From NCBI RefSeq assembly GCF_041956535.1, contig NW_027192198.1:760811-824810 (forward strand): DNA of 64,000 nucleotides. Reading direction: 5' to 3'. A program made the position numbers and the translations under genes. Origin of the DNA: Calcarisporiella thermophila CBS 279.70 (lineage: Eukaryota; Fungi; Calcarisporiellomycota). Below are positions 14,287 through 27,800 of the stretch, piece by piece; the first letter of the stretch is position 1, and each line of letters begins with the position of its first letter. The notes below the pieces were generated by a model. It ran no database searches. It was not told the DNA's origin and saw only the letters and a program-made list of their open reading frames with translations.

Positions 14287-15692
14287 ATGGGTCAGGACGT
14301 AAAGATTACTTCAGACGTTGTTGAGTCGGAATATAGTAGCACTTCTGGGGGGCATGTTAGTTGCGCATCTGAACGGGAAGAGAGTGTAGAAAAGCTTGAT
14401 ATACGCGTCGATGGCGAAAGCGAGGATGAGTGGGAAAATGGGCACTCTTCTCCACGTGTCTCCTCTCTTTTTTCATTGTGTGTACAAGCAATAATAGATA
14501 ATATTGGCCGCTTCGAATCATTTAGTGGTTTGCCATTTGACCCCTTCGGAATCGCAATAATGACCGCAACTCCTTCGCCTTGGAGCATGAAATATATCCG
14601 CCTTTTCTTTGCTTGGGAAGCAGAGTTGCGTAGTTCGTATCCTTGTATTTGGAGACGGTTAACGTGAATTTCTTTATTATAATTCCGTTGCTTTTCATCC
14701 CTAGTTAATACGAATTTATTATTAGTTGTATCGCCCTCCGCCAGCTCATCCTTTGTCCTCGGAGTATCCCTCGTTTAGCTATGGCCTCTGATATACTTCG
14801 CTGCCTCGATCTTGCTGAAACCAAACTCTCACCTGAATTAATCCAACTGATAAAAGGGCTATCGAGATTGGAGATATTAGGACTTGCCCATACAAACTTG
14901 ACAGATCAGCATATGAAGATTCTTGCTTCGCCATTTGCTCCTCCAGACCAAACTAACCTGCTGATGAATGAGAATAGTACAGGAGGAGAAGCGACGAAAG
15001 AAGTTGGATTAGCTTCACTAATATTCATCGATATTGAAAATACTGATATCTCTCACCAGTCAATTGATTCTCTCTCTCTTTTTCCTAACTTGTCGCTCAT
15101 GTATTTCGGGCGGACCACGTTAAACAAGCAGTTAGAAGTAGAAAATGAGGGTCCCATTCACTGGGCTAGACTCAGGGATAAAGGTTGGGACAACGCTTAT
15201 GAAGAACTATTTACGTTCATCAATGATCTACCAGATGGTATAAGATTGTGGGATCCTTCTCAGAAGCCTGCTTGGCATACGACCATCGCGGAAGCGGCCA
15301 CGCTTTATGCACGTATATGTTTCATGGATCCCACCATAGGAGAACTTCATCAATTCGTTGTGGGCTCTAATCCAATCTACCTAATGCCCAAGCATCTTAA
15401 TCTTTGTCTCAAATTTCTAATCCGTCCACCTTCCACTGACAAATCGGAGCGAGAGGGACAAACGTACGAAGTTAAGGAAGAGAGCACGAGACACCAGCCG
15501 CTAAACAGTGGAGACCAATGGAATCGTGGAGATACCATCGAGGGGGTACTGCGCTCTCTAGAACCAAGTGATACCGGCTATAGTACGACTGACGTCAACA
15601 GGCCGAGATCGAAAGGGGCCTTGAAACCTAAACCCAAAGCACGTAAGAAACTTTCTCTTTTTAAAGATGTTAAGAAGCAACGAACTTTGTAA
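14287..15692 (+). CDS. Leucine-rich-repeat-like protein of unknown function
   Basis: Two ORFs joined in frame by intron 14637-14725; SLFSLC motif; LRR-like units LRCLDLAET, LEILGLAHTNLTD, LIFIDIENTDIS; basic C-terminus. Confidence 0.6.
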
Positions 15693-15815
15693 ACCAACGT
15701 GCCTAGATTTGAATCTATGCTGTTTAATATGATTTTATTTTATATTTTCTTTAAAAGCACAAATGAAACAACACGACATTTAAGTTTGGAAAATGAAAAG
15801 CTAGCTTCTATTGCT

Positions 15816-18433
15816 TCAATCTACTTGAAGCTCAGGAATGTTCTCATAGAGGTGCAAGGATTCTGGGTTTCCGATAGCCCCCGTATTAAGCTTAGCAGCA
15901 GATTCCACTTGATTCGAAATAATCTTTTTGACTGCAACCTCAATCTTCTTTCCATTAATCGTATACTATCCGGCGCAAAATCAACACATTAGTATAATAA
16001 TACAGGGAGCCAATACGTGAGGGGAAAGGGAGGAGTAAAAGTACTTACGGGAATATCCGCAATTTGCAACACCTTTGCCGGTACATGTCGAGGGCTCAAA
16101 AGTTCACGGATTTTCTTTCGGATCTCAGCAACTAGGGTATTAAAGTCTCCAGCGAAATCCTGCTTCATCTTCAAAAATAATATAACTCTTTCGTCGTCCT
16201 TCCACTTTTGTCCAACCACAAGTGAATCCTCCACATGCTGTGCGAATGCATCCATGACATTGTAGATCTCAGCACTACCAAAACGAACTCCAGACGGGTT
16301 GAGGGTACCATCGCTTCGGCCAAGCATTACAACACCACGAGTGTTGGGATTAATCCAGATGAAGTCACCGTGATACCACACATGGGGGTAGACAGAGAAA
16401 TAGGCACTTAGGTACTTGGCGCGAGAGGCATCGTCCCAGAAATAGACAGGCATGCAAGGGAATGGGCGAGTGCAGACGAGGTCTGCAGACTGACCAAATA
16501 CAGGTTTATCTAAAGATCGATAAATCATTAATGACGTCCATTATTTTGGCAACATTGCAGAGTATTCGTAGAAGATCAGGAGTAAAATTACTTTCTCCAT
16601 CCCATGCTTCCACCTTCATTCCAAGGCAACGGCACTGAATTTCTCCCCGATATACCGGCAGCATGGTGTTGTGTCCCATGAAGAGTGAGCAGATGTCCGT
16701 GCCGCCTAGTAAACTCTCTTGTTAAAGGATGGGCTTTCATAATGATCAGCAATAGAATTACCAGTAATACTTCCGAGCACAAGATCCTTCTTAATGGATT
16801 GATATACATAATCAAAACTCTCCGGCTTTAGGGGAGAGCCGGTTGAATAAATACCACGGAATCTAGTCAATTTACAATGGCGGTCTATAGTAGGTTAAGA
16901 TATAAAAAAGAAAAATATGAAAAATTGACCTCAATTATAATCTTAGTGAATTGAATGGCTTTTATATTTACTTGGATGATAATCTGCTTCCTGCAAAGAT
17001 TGAATATACTTCGCTGATGTTCCAAAGAGAGTTACATCTAACTCGTCTATCAAATCCCACAGTGCACCAGCATTGGGCTTGAAGGGACTCCCATCAAAGA
17101 GCACTAGCGTGGCTCCCACGGCAAGTCCAGAGACCAACCAGTTCCACATCATCCACCCAGTCGTTGTGTATTGAAAGAATACATCGTCTGGCCCCATGTC
17201 ACCATGGATTTGATGCTCTTTCTTATGCTGCAAGAGCATACCACCAGCGGAGTGAACGAGACATTTGGGTTTTCCGGTGGTACCCGAGGAGAAGAGAATG
17301 TAGAGAGGGTGAGAGAAAGGTAGCTGCTCAAATGTGAGCGGGTCATCATCTCCCTTGTTCAAGAAATCATCCCAGGTTACGCTAGAAAAGAGAATAATTA
17401 TAGCGGATATAATTAAAGAACCACAGGACACTATAACTTACGCATTGCGTATTTCCGAGACATCACATGGCTTTTCCTCAATGAATGGAATTACAACCAC
17501 TTTCTCTAGCTCGGGGAGACCCTCCACAACAGCCTTCAACTTGGCCAAATGGTCATGGAAACGCCCATTGTATGCCACAGCATTTACTGAAAAGAGAATT
17601 TTTGGGTTGATTTGCGAGAAGCGCTCCAGCACACCCTATTGTGATAAGAATAAAACACAATGAGAAGAGACATTTCAGTATGCCCAATGAAAACCATAAC
17701 TTACCACAGTGCCAAAATCAGGAGAAGTTGAACTTATCATAAAATAGAACGCGATTAAACAAAAAATATTAGGCACACCAACAGGGAAAACTTATGAGAA
17801 ACGAGAATGGGCCTCAATATTACCTCCAAATGGCACCAATACTAGCAGCTGCCAACATTGCAACTATCGCTTCCACACAGTTGGCAATATATCCAGCAAT
17901 ACGGTCTCCCCTCTGCACACCTGCAGCCTTCATGGCATTCGCGGTCCTTCTAACCAATTCGTTGAGCTCAGCATAACTTACGCGTGAATGCTTGCGAAGT
18001 TCACCGCACTGAATTAATGCCGTGCGATCTGCCTCTTTACACCAGAGGAGATTTTCTGCAAAATTCAGGCGTGCACCCGTGAACCATTCCGGGAGAGAAT
18101 CCATAGGGGCAGATTCATCGATGACCTTAGAATAAGGTACCGAATACTTAATCCCGGTGAATGTCCAGACTTCGGACCAAAAGGCGCTGAGATTGGAGAC
18201 AGACCAGTCAAAAAGTTGGTTGTAATTTTCTATAAAATAGGTCGAGAAAAAAAAAGGGAGGGGGTCAACACAATTCTTGCTGTCGAAGTCCCTCATTTCA
18301 AAATACCTAAATGGAGGTTGTGTTTTTCATTCACGCGATCCATGAACCGCCGCATATTAGTGGCATCAGGGCTACTTGGTTCCCACAGCTTGGGGGGATT
18401 AAGCGGGATGCCTTGGCTAAGTTCCTCTGCCAT
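15816..18433 (-). CDS. AACS: Acetoacetyl-CoA synthetase
   Basis: [33 protein letters not shown]-binding [53 protein letters not shown]; many introns. Confidence 0.93.
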
Positions 18434-18849
18434 CTTGAAAATTGTGTTGTATTTTGAGGTTTCGGTCTATTATGATTGAAGTGAGCAAGGTTTGGTGAGG
18501 ACTCAAAATTAGTAAATATAGCTTGTTCGACCGTGAGAATAATGTCGGAACTTCAATTTACCCCCACACGCAATATTATTATTCATAAGACACCTTCTCT
18601 ATTCAGCTCATAAAAAAAAGAAAATAATAGAAGTAACAGCTTGATAGGAGTATAAAAGAACAAGGAAAGAGAAAACAAATAAATTCAAAAATAGAGGAAA
18701 ATACACAAAGCAATATATAAAAAAAACTGCATCAAAAAAACAAAAATGTTCACAACGACTATTAACAAGATCAACTCAAAATTGAACAGAAAACATGATA
18801 AAAAATAACTAGATTTAGCTCAAAAGAATAAAGAGACAAATAGTGTATA

Positions 18850-20100
18850 CTAAGGAAGCGAACCACAGCATAGCATTGCTAGAGCTGCAATAGCCTCCTT
18901 TTCGTTCTTACCGTAGGAAGGCGGATGAGCCTCAGGTAGCCAAGGCCCTGCCTGATACGGCAATGGGCTATGGGGAGGACTATGCGGGGAAGACGAGAGT
19001 CCAGGCGAAGTCTTGCTCGAGAATTCTTCATCCGTGTCCGGTGCCTGTTTCGTAGAGCGATACGCAGAGAGAGGTGGTGTTCGCAAAGCGAAACTCTCGC
19101 CCAGCACCGGCAATGATCCAGAAACACCACTTTGTCGAGGAATTGGACGGCACAAGTAGGGAGGGCCTGCGATCGAATGCCGACGGAACTTGGCAGCTAC
19201 GAGCTGTGGGCCTAGTTCGCGCCAATTCTCTTCCTCCGTTGCAGAAGAAGAGTCGCTCCAATTGTTTTCGTCCTCATCCTCCTCCAAATCCTCGTCCACG
19301 ACCACCCCCCTTGCTCCCCTAATTCCTCCGCCATTCAAAAGGGCCGTATCCGATTGTCGTCTGCCACTTCCGGTGATAGTAAGTCCCCACCGACCCCTGC
19401 CCATCCGCTGGAAATAGGAGCTAGTGCGTAGGACCGTGGCTACATCCTGTTCCCAGTCGGGTGGCGCCGTACGATAAATCGGATAATTCTCCTGAATCCA
19501 GCTGATAACCTCACGCATCGTTTTCTGTTTCTGTACTGTCTGGAACATATTGACTAGTAACACAGTCCATGCGCTGGAAGGCATTCTGTAGCTCAGGTCT
19601 CCCTTTACCGCTCCTCCTGTATCGTCATCGACAATCATTTCTACGTCATTATCTCCCGCATTTGACGCATCAACCCCGTCGCCATTCCCATCATCGTCCA
19701 CTATTTCGACCTCTTCATCGTCTTCTTCAGGCTCTACATCTTCTTCCAAATGAAAGAGTGTCTGCTCCTCCTCCTCCTCCTCATACATGGGCTTAGGCAC
19801 ATAAGTCCAGGCAGCCCGGCCCACACTCAAGAAGCATGAGTTATTGCGAAGCACTTGGCGCAGTGCTGAGCGAAGAAGATCAGGGCGCTCTCGCAAGTGG
19901 GGATGCGTGGTGAGGACGTATCGGAGAAGCTCACTCTCCTTGTGCACTGTATGATGAGGGTCACGAGTGAAAGCCTGTGTTAGTATGACGAACAGATTCT
20001 CATGAATGCTAGGTTGATGGCCAGTGGGAGAAGGATTGCGACGGATTGGTCTTGGCTTGAGAGCGGGGGGTTTTAAAAGACGAACTTTGGAAACAGTCAT
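18850..20100 (-). CDS. Putative transcription regulator with two degenerate forkhead/winged-helix-like domains
   Basis: Single 416-aa ORF. Segment TMREVISWIQENYPIYRTAPPDWEQDVATVLRTSSYF..GRW resembles forkhead helices 2-3 and wing; a second, more diverged copy lies N-terminal; acidic linkers; C-terminal EAIAALAML. Confidence 0.6.
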   Translation of the reverse strand: MTVSKVRLLKPPALKPRPIRRNPSPTGHQPSIHENLFVILTQAFTRDPHHTVHKESELLRYVLTTHPHLRERPDLLRSALRQVLRNNSCFLSVGRAAWTYVPKPMYEEEEEEQTLFHLEEDVEPEEDDEEVEIVDDDGNGDGVDASNAGDNDVEMIVDDDTGGAVKGDLSYRMPSSAWTVLLVNMFQTVQKQKTMREVISWIQENYPIYRTAPPDWEQDVATVLRTSSYFQRMGRGRWGLTITGSGRRQSDTALLNGGGIRGARGVVVDEDLEEDEDENNWSDSSSATEEENWRELGPQLVAAKFRRHSIAGPPYLCRPIPRQSGVSGSLPVLGESFALRTPPLSAYRSTKQAPDTDEEFSSKTSPGLSSSPHSPPHSPLPYQAGPWLPEAHPPSYGKNEKEAIAALAMLCCGSLP

Positions 20101-21814
20101 CGGAGGGGCAAAAATAGGAAGGCGGTTAGTTCTTAAAGAATAGAGTAATGCTGAAGAAAGGAAAAGGGTAGATAATTTAAGTTAGAGAGCAATAAGAGAG
20201 AGAATAGAATAAATAACAAATAGAAAAATGTAGAAAAAGAGTTCCTGGCTTGTGAGAAGAAAAAAGAGATTTTTGAGACCGGCAAGCGAAACTCTTGAGA
20301 ACGTGGTTGAGGCAGTGAGAGAGGAGCAAAGAGGTTTATCACGAGGTGCCCGAATGCCTCAAGTTCCACGAAGCCCACTTGATGCAAAATTACAAATATC
20401 CCACGAGTATCCCCCTAGTTTTTTTGCGGATGAGTAATTAAGGAAAATCTTTTGCTATAATGACCTATGATGCCATAATTCATGGTTGGAGAGGATTACG
20501 CCACCACTAACCTGGTGTTTTACTCCAGTGGATGCGATAGAATCCTCTGGGCATCTTCTCGTGGGCATTTTCTACCAAAACAACCATGGGGACGATATAA
20601 CCCCCTCAATTGGCCTACGCCCAAGCAAATTCTTGGCAGCGCACTGGTCTATTTGAGATTTTGGTTGCATTCATTCTCTAACACTTTAGAGGATTTGGCA
20701 AAAATTCACATCAATCTTGTTTTTAACTTTGAAAGAATCAAGCAGTCATCGCACAATAATAGAAGAGTTTAAAGCGTTTAGCAGATTCATTCTCCTTTTA
20801 AAATTTCAATCATCGGCACTGGATTTCGGTATAACTATGTTGCAAATTCTATTCGCATCGGGAGAATATAATGCATTACAATGATGATGAGTAAAACATC
20901 TTGTACTATCTTGAAACTCTTTGGATGAAACTAGTTAGCATAACCCCAGTAACCACGATCGAACAAAGTTGAATGCTCCAAATTTCCCAACACTAACTTT
21001 ATACTTTTGGAATGTTTCGCGCTTTGCATCCTCTCTTTCACATAAGAAATATAGCCTTCTTTTGCTATGACTTTTTCAGTCGGGGATTATCATTGGACAA
21101 TCCTAGCCCTTTTTTTATCGATTATATGAAATAACCATTTATACTCTGGAATATTCTCTACCCATAACTAGGTCCATATCGTCCTTGAATGGCGTGATAT
21201 TGACGTCTTGAGATAAAGTATCCCCAGTTGAAGTCTGGCGAAATTCGATTGAGATGGCCTTTTTTTAGAAAAAGATATCCATGACCAATTTTTGTCGGGA
21301 ACACAAGATTTGAAGGACAGGGGACCACTTGAGAGGCAACTCGGGCAATAAGTCGCTGACATCATGTTCGGGCGTCTCATTTGATATCTGAACAATGGTC
21401 CATTTACTAATCGATAGCTTCTTCGTTTTTATTCTGAAGTTTTAAAGTCAAATTCGTAGTTTGTCCGATTCGATTTTGGGCGGTACACATTCGGATCATA
21501 GCCAAAATGGTGCACAAATACTTTGAGTGAATATACCGTGTCATTCTAACTACTATGTTATAGTTTGAGAAAGTTAAAAAAGTGAAATGGATAAAAAAAA
21601 GTTTAGGAAAAATAATAATAAACAATAAGAAGATAGAAGATAACTCATTTTTTAAGGCCCGAATTCCCAGCGAAAGATTTCAAATAAACAAAGAAATAAA
21701 GAAGGAAGAATAAGAGAGAATAAATGATCAGAAATGCAATTTATCTCGTCAACGAGAATAAAGAAGAGTATATATAATCCGGAAATTATGATTGAAAGAA
21801 GAGAGGGGGATTGC

Positions 21815-24800
21815 TTAGTACTCCTCTTCCTCGCCCTCCGTTCCCGTCCACATCTCTTCTTCTTCATCCTCGTCCCCATCCCAATCCACTACCGCGTCGT
21901 CCAACTCCTCATCCGAGAGTGCATGATGATGGTGGTGATGGTGGTGATGGTGATGGAAAGGCGCAATCACAATATCCATCTCGGCTCCCTCGTCACCCGT
22001 ACCCTCCTCCTCGCTGACGTCGCTCATATCGCTGTCGGGAGTTCCCTCTGTGTATTCTTCGTAGATCTCCTCATCCTCGCTGGTGTCTTCCTCCCCTTCT
22101 TCGGCCGACTCGATTCCTCCACCTGCAATCATTCCAAGGGACGAATTCCGGTATAAATCGGGTGCCTCTTCGCCCTCCTCCTCCTCTTCCTCAACTTCTT
22201 CTTCATCCTCAGTATTTTCATAGAACTCCTCCTCATCGTCCTCATCCTCATCCTCCTCGTCTGCAAGGATAGCACGTCTCCTTCGTCTTCTCCTCGCCTT
22301 ACCCTCATCAGATCTACTCATCTTAATGGCTATACGTGTGAGCTGCTCTAGTGGTCTCAAAATCGTGCTGATCACGTTTTTGGCTGCAGGGTAATTGAAA
22401 TCCACCTCACCAAGCGCGCTGGTCAGCAGACCCACAAAGTTCTTCTCAAGCATGAGCTTTGCGGCCGAGCTGGGGGCGTCGGCAGGCTTACCTGCGGACG
22501 ATTGGGGAGGGGGGCGCGTCGTAAGTATACGGTAACACACGTCGGATAGGGCCATCAATTTTCCGTATTTGATTTCCATCAAGCTAGGTGCGTGCATGGT
22601 GTCCTTGAGGGAGCGTGCAATCCCGTCAAGCACGAAACGACGTACATGCTGCAACTCCGAAGGTGGCACCTCTCCTGGGCGCAGTTCTTTCGACTTCGTA
22701 TTCTCATCGGATTCCAGATCGGGCCCGTCGCTGCACAATGCCACCAATGTGTTTGTAGCCCAATTCGAGGGTGTATAGCGGTTTCGCCGTGGCTCGTCTG
22801 ACAAGTCCACTCCTTCATACGGGAGAAGATCATTGAGCAGATAATTTAGGAAGACAGTACGCGGTTTCCACGTAGAAGTGTCCTCGCCCCGCCGACTAAA
22901 GTTCATCAAATTGATCTTACACACGGGATAGGATGAAAGTAGTTCGGTGAGGCATTGGAGCAAGAAGCAAGTATACATGAATTGCCCCTCCCGAGCTTTG
23001 GACGCAGCATCTGCTCCCTTGTCATCCTTTTCGTCAGGTTTTGAACCGGCTGCCCCCGTTTCTCCTACGGCAGGGACGGAGGCCGATGACTCGGCCATTG
23101 CCGTGTCTTGAAGTGAGGTGCTTGGCTTCGAAGGCGTGGCAAATATCGAATCGCTGCTCGGAGGTGCTGCATCTTTCTTCTTTGCACGGTGGTTGAGAAG
23201 CTCATCAATGAGGAAATTGATCACGACCGCAGAGATCCCCTCTTGTGGCTTGGGTGTCTCGAAAGGCTGCGGTTGCAAAAACATGGAGGTCTCAGGTGCG
23301 ACAGTCGCTTCGGCCTTTGACGAAGACTCGCCTTCCTCCTTATCTTTTTTGTCTTGCTCTTCGGCTTCCATCGACTCTCCCTCAAGCGGTTTCTCCTCGC
23401 CTTTTTCCTCCTCGAGGCTTGCGTCATCCGCCCACCGCGAATTGCTCTTCAACGTGATCTGCTGGCTTCGCATCATCATATCGTTGGCCGGTAGTTTGCA
23501 CAGGTCTCGTGTGACGCGTAGGAAAGTCTCAGGGTCACGTAGTGCAATGTGGCTATTATTGCGTAAGAAAGTGGTGACATCGACCACACGAGGACGCGGA
23601 GGAGCGAACCAGGTATTCACTTCGCGTTCCATTGTGTTCTGTAGCACCTGGGGGTCATCGACTGCATGCCGTAGAATGAGAATAATGAACGGCTCCTGCC
23701 CCACAAATCCTTCAGCGCCTGATCGAGGCAAAGAAAACAGTAGTGGAAGTCCGCCTGATTGAACAAATTCTGCGGCAAAACGGTGCTGCCGGGTCAGTCG
23801 CACGAGCACTCGGAGCAGAGCAAGCATAAAATCTTTAGGCGGTTGCGGTAGTCGTAGAAGCTCAATGCAATGCTTTAGTAGCTTCAATCTGACCTCATCC
23901 GAGACCTTTGCGCGTGCCTCACGCTCCCGCTCCTCCGGTTTTTCGACCCGTTTGATATCTGCATCCTCGGTGTGCTCAACTTCAATGGCACGTGGCTCAT
24001 CTGCCATCGACAAAAATACTTCAACAACGAGAAGTAATGGCGTGATCCATTCAGCAACCGCATCACCGCCTGTCGCAAACTGCAATTCTATTAGGTCGAT
24101 AAGTGGCGGGAGAAGATTTTCCTTAACGGTGAGGACCTCCTCTTGGAATTTGCTGCCATTAAGGATCAGCGCGAGTAATCGGAATCGCGAATGGAGTTTG
24201 TGCTGCAATTTCTTCCACTGTTCTTCGTCTATTGATCTATCCCTCGGCTCAACTACGTCTGAAATTAAGAGCTTGATTGTGGGTATCGTATTATCTTTGC
24301 ACAGAATGGTGAAGAGATCCGTGATTTCAAAAATCGCCTGCTCAGACACATCCAGAAGCTCAAGTGCACGGCTACCAATCTCTTGCTTGACTGCTTCCCG
24401 CATCTCGTGATAGCTCTTCTCGATCTCCTTCGCTTTACCCTTGTCTTTTTCAGGTGCAGGCGCCTTCGCGTCAGATTCAGATGGCTGATTTGAAGAGGGA
24501 GTGCCCATGGAGAGCTCTAAAGCTTCACGCAGGAATCTGGCTTCTTCATTGTCACTTGAATCGGTGAGCTCCGTCATCGGTGCATCACCCCCAATCTCCA
24601 CTGGCATGCTAGAAGACTCCGGGTTCCGTTCACTAGATGGTCCTCCAGCCGAAGCTTCCGCATTCTCCGGATCATCCTCGGCATGATCTTCGGTTTCTCC
24701 GCCTTCGTTGTCCCTACCGTTTGTATCTTGCTCTCCTTCTCCGCCTCCCTCCCCAGTAGTAGCTCTATTGCCGGGTGTATCTGAGTTGGTATTTCGGCGC

Positions 24801-27800
24801 TCACCACTGGACTCGTCGAAAGCAGCGGCAGCGACCATATCCGGATGAGATAGAAGATATTCGGCGGCGCGCGCGACTGAATTGCCGCAGCGCATTAGTG
24901 CAGTCTCTGCTGCACCCGTAGGGAACCCCATATCTGTCAGTTGGCGGATGCTCGACTCTGGCGGAGGAGGTGGGGGTGGCGGATGCCATCCGAAAAGTGT
25001 TGGAGCAGAATTACCAAAACTACTGGAGCTTTCTGCAGTTTGATTGATTTCTCCCTCCCCCTTAAGGATCTGCACAAGTATTTGTGCCAAAATGCGATGT
25101 ATTGATGGTGTACTCTTGGGCAAGTATTCGCTGTTCCATATTTCGCGAACCACTGGTAACACCTTGGCACGCATCATGACAAGATGCTCGTAGGGATCAA
25201 AACTATCCGCCGCACGATCCTTGTCGCGCGAAATCAATGTATTCGTGCTGGGGGAGTCGTGTAGAAGTTTGTGGGAGATGACAATATGTAAAAGATGCAA
25301 CGAGACACCGATTGCCTTGTGAAGATGATCAAGTGTTGTTTTGACTTCGTCACTCTGGTCCGCCTGGGAACTAAGCTCAATTGCCCGCTGCCAAAGTATG
25401 CGGATAAGATCAAACATGGACTCGAAGCCCCCTGCTCTATCGAAAGCGAGCACTACTATTGTTTGCAGCGTCATATGACTGCGTTCATCCACGAACATTA
25501 AACATATTAGCCCCAGCATAGCACCAAGATATCTGTAGCGTTTAGGCTCTGGTTCGGTATCTATTGCAGATGCATTACAGTTGATTAATACATTAGAAGC
25601 GTAGATAAAGAGCATTGATCCAGAACTAACCTATCCGCGGCCACAGGATACTGTCTTTCATGACCTTTGCCACAATATCTGCAACCTTGGATGCTTGTTT
25701 TTTCTGTTGCGGCTCCGCCCCTCTGCGCGTCACCAGCATCCTGCAAACTCCTATTTATGAACGGGAAAGATGTTAAATTTAGGGGGATGCCTCGTTAACA
25801 AATCCTCTCTTACCTTGGAACACGATCTGCAGACAAGTGGAGAGGTGCAGTGTCATATATTTCAAATATAATGCGTTTTTATATTTCGGGTCATTCTTCG
25901 ATACCGGCAGCTCTGCCTCGCCCTCTTTAGACTCTTCACCCTCGGCCTGCTTGTTACTCGGGTCTGTTGTCTTCGGACTCAGAGGTAAATTTTCAGGTGC
26001 AAATGGGTCGCTGAGCGCAAACGCTGGCGTTGTCAAATCTTTCGCATCCTTGTTAGGACGATCCTTGAACCAAGACGAAGGCACCACATCCTTATAGTGG
26101 ATACACTCTCGCACGCAAGCTCGGTGAAGCTGTCCCAACAGAGCAATAACCTCTTCGCCCTGCGGACCTGCCAGCGATTGTACGACGGTGGCAGCGCTCT
26201 TGCTATGGGAGAAAATCGGTGGGCAATAGAGATCCGCGAGTAGGCCGATATGCGCCATCACAATAAGTAGACTTCGGAAAGTGTTATTTGCGTCCTCGAT
26301 TTTGGTCGTTTCCGATTCCTCCAGGACCAAGTACGTTGCAAGCAACGAGCCGGGCTCGTTATATTCAAGGAATCGCTTCGTGTTTTCAAGCGATTCGTGC
26401 AGCCCCTTTATTATCGCGTTCGCAACCACGGATGGATTCACTTCACTTGCAATATTGAACACGTGAGAGAGCAAGTAATGAGCATTGGTGGTGGCAAAAT
26501 CATAGGGAAGCGAGGGAAGCAATAAGATCTGAAGGAGCTGCTCTAGCCCATCAAGCTTGATGAATTCCCGACAGTTGGTGCTGTTCTGGAAGAGACTCTC
26601 AAGAAACTTAAGGGATATAAATGCGTGAGCAAATGTCGCTGGTGCTAATCAAATTTCATCACAGAAAAATTACCTTTGAGAGAACTTCGATGAATTGTAA
26701 AATCAAACTCTCTGGTTTCTCCTCTGGCTTGGCATCCTCTGACTCCCCTGCAGAACCTGCTGCGGCTACTCGTGAAGGCTGCTCTGAGGTCGTCATCGGA
26801 ATATCCGTCACTGTTTCATTTGCGGGCTTAACATGCAACCGATAGCCTGTGTCCTCTTGCTTTGCCTGCTCGCTCTGCCCGAAATCAATTATTCGCTTTA
26901 TTATTTCTAAAGCCGCATTTAGCACATCAATCCGTAAACTCGGTTGATGTCGAATAAGCTCCTCGATGGAGCTACCAAGCAATGAGGCGTTGTTGCCCTC
27001 CATAAGCGAGCGCAAGTGATCCTTTGATATGAGGATGCTGAAGAAATTGGGAATGGGGTTGGCCTCTTTAAACATTTCCAAGCCTTGGCTATTAAGGCAA
27101 ATGGCACCAAATGCATTGGGTATCGCGTTGATGACCTAAAACATGAAAATGCATGATAAAAATTAGAGCTACTTGAGAAAAAACAACAGGTCCATTGTTT
27201 AAGGCATACATCGCTGGAGACTAAGATCTCTGCATTAACCGTTTTTAGAAAGGTTTGTGGTAACTGTGCTTCCTGAAGCATCGTAAGCGATGTAGGCTCG
27301 TTGTGGATGATCGTTGCCAGGATATTAATCGCTACGAAGAGGAAAATTAACCGGATGCAATTAATGAGTGTCCAACATTCATCAAGAAAAGGCATTTCAT
27401 TTCGAACCTTGGGCAAAAACACTACTCCCAAAGGGTTTAGGATGAGCAATTATAAGCTTCAAGGATTGCGGTAGACTGGAGTCAATAACATTTCGCAGCC
27501 CATCCGCAGTACCAGTTGTAACCATCATGTGCAAGATAAACTTTAACATTCCTTTTAACAGGCTAATGCGTTCGTGCGGCACCGAGCTATCATCTGAAGT
27601 TTCTGACGGAATTGTTCGCTCGGCAATTGCGCCAGCTGGGGCGTCTAATTGCACATCTTGCATTGGCTCGCCTTCCGTGTTAATAAATTGAGTGCAGAAT
27701 TCAACTTCCTCTTTGACACGCCCAATCAGAATACTGAGCCCGTTGGCATTGATAAATACGCTGAAAGAGTTGGTAAAACCATACACGATGCTATCTAGCA

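Noticed and set aside
20100-21800. Possible downstream HECT-encoding exons of TOM1, or a small gene
   Set aside because: AT-rich, only short ORFs without recognisable motifs, and too short for the missing half.
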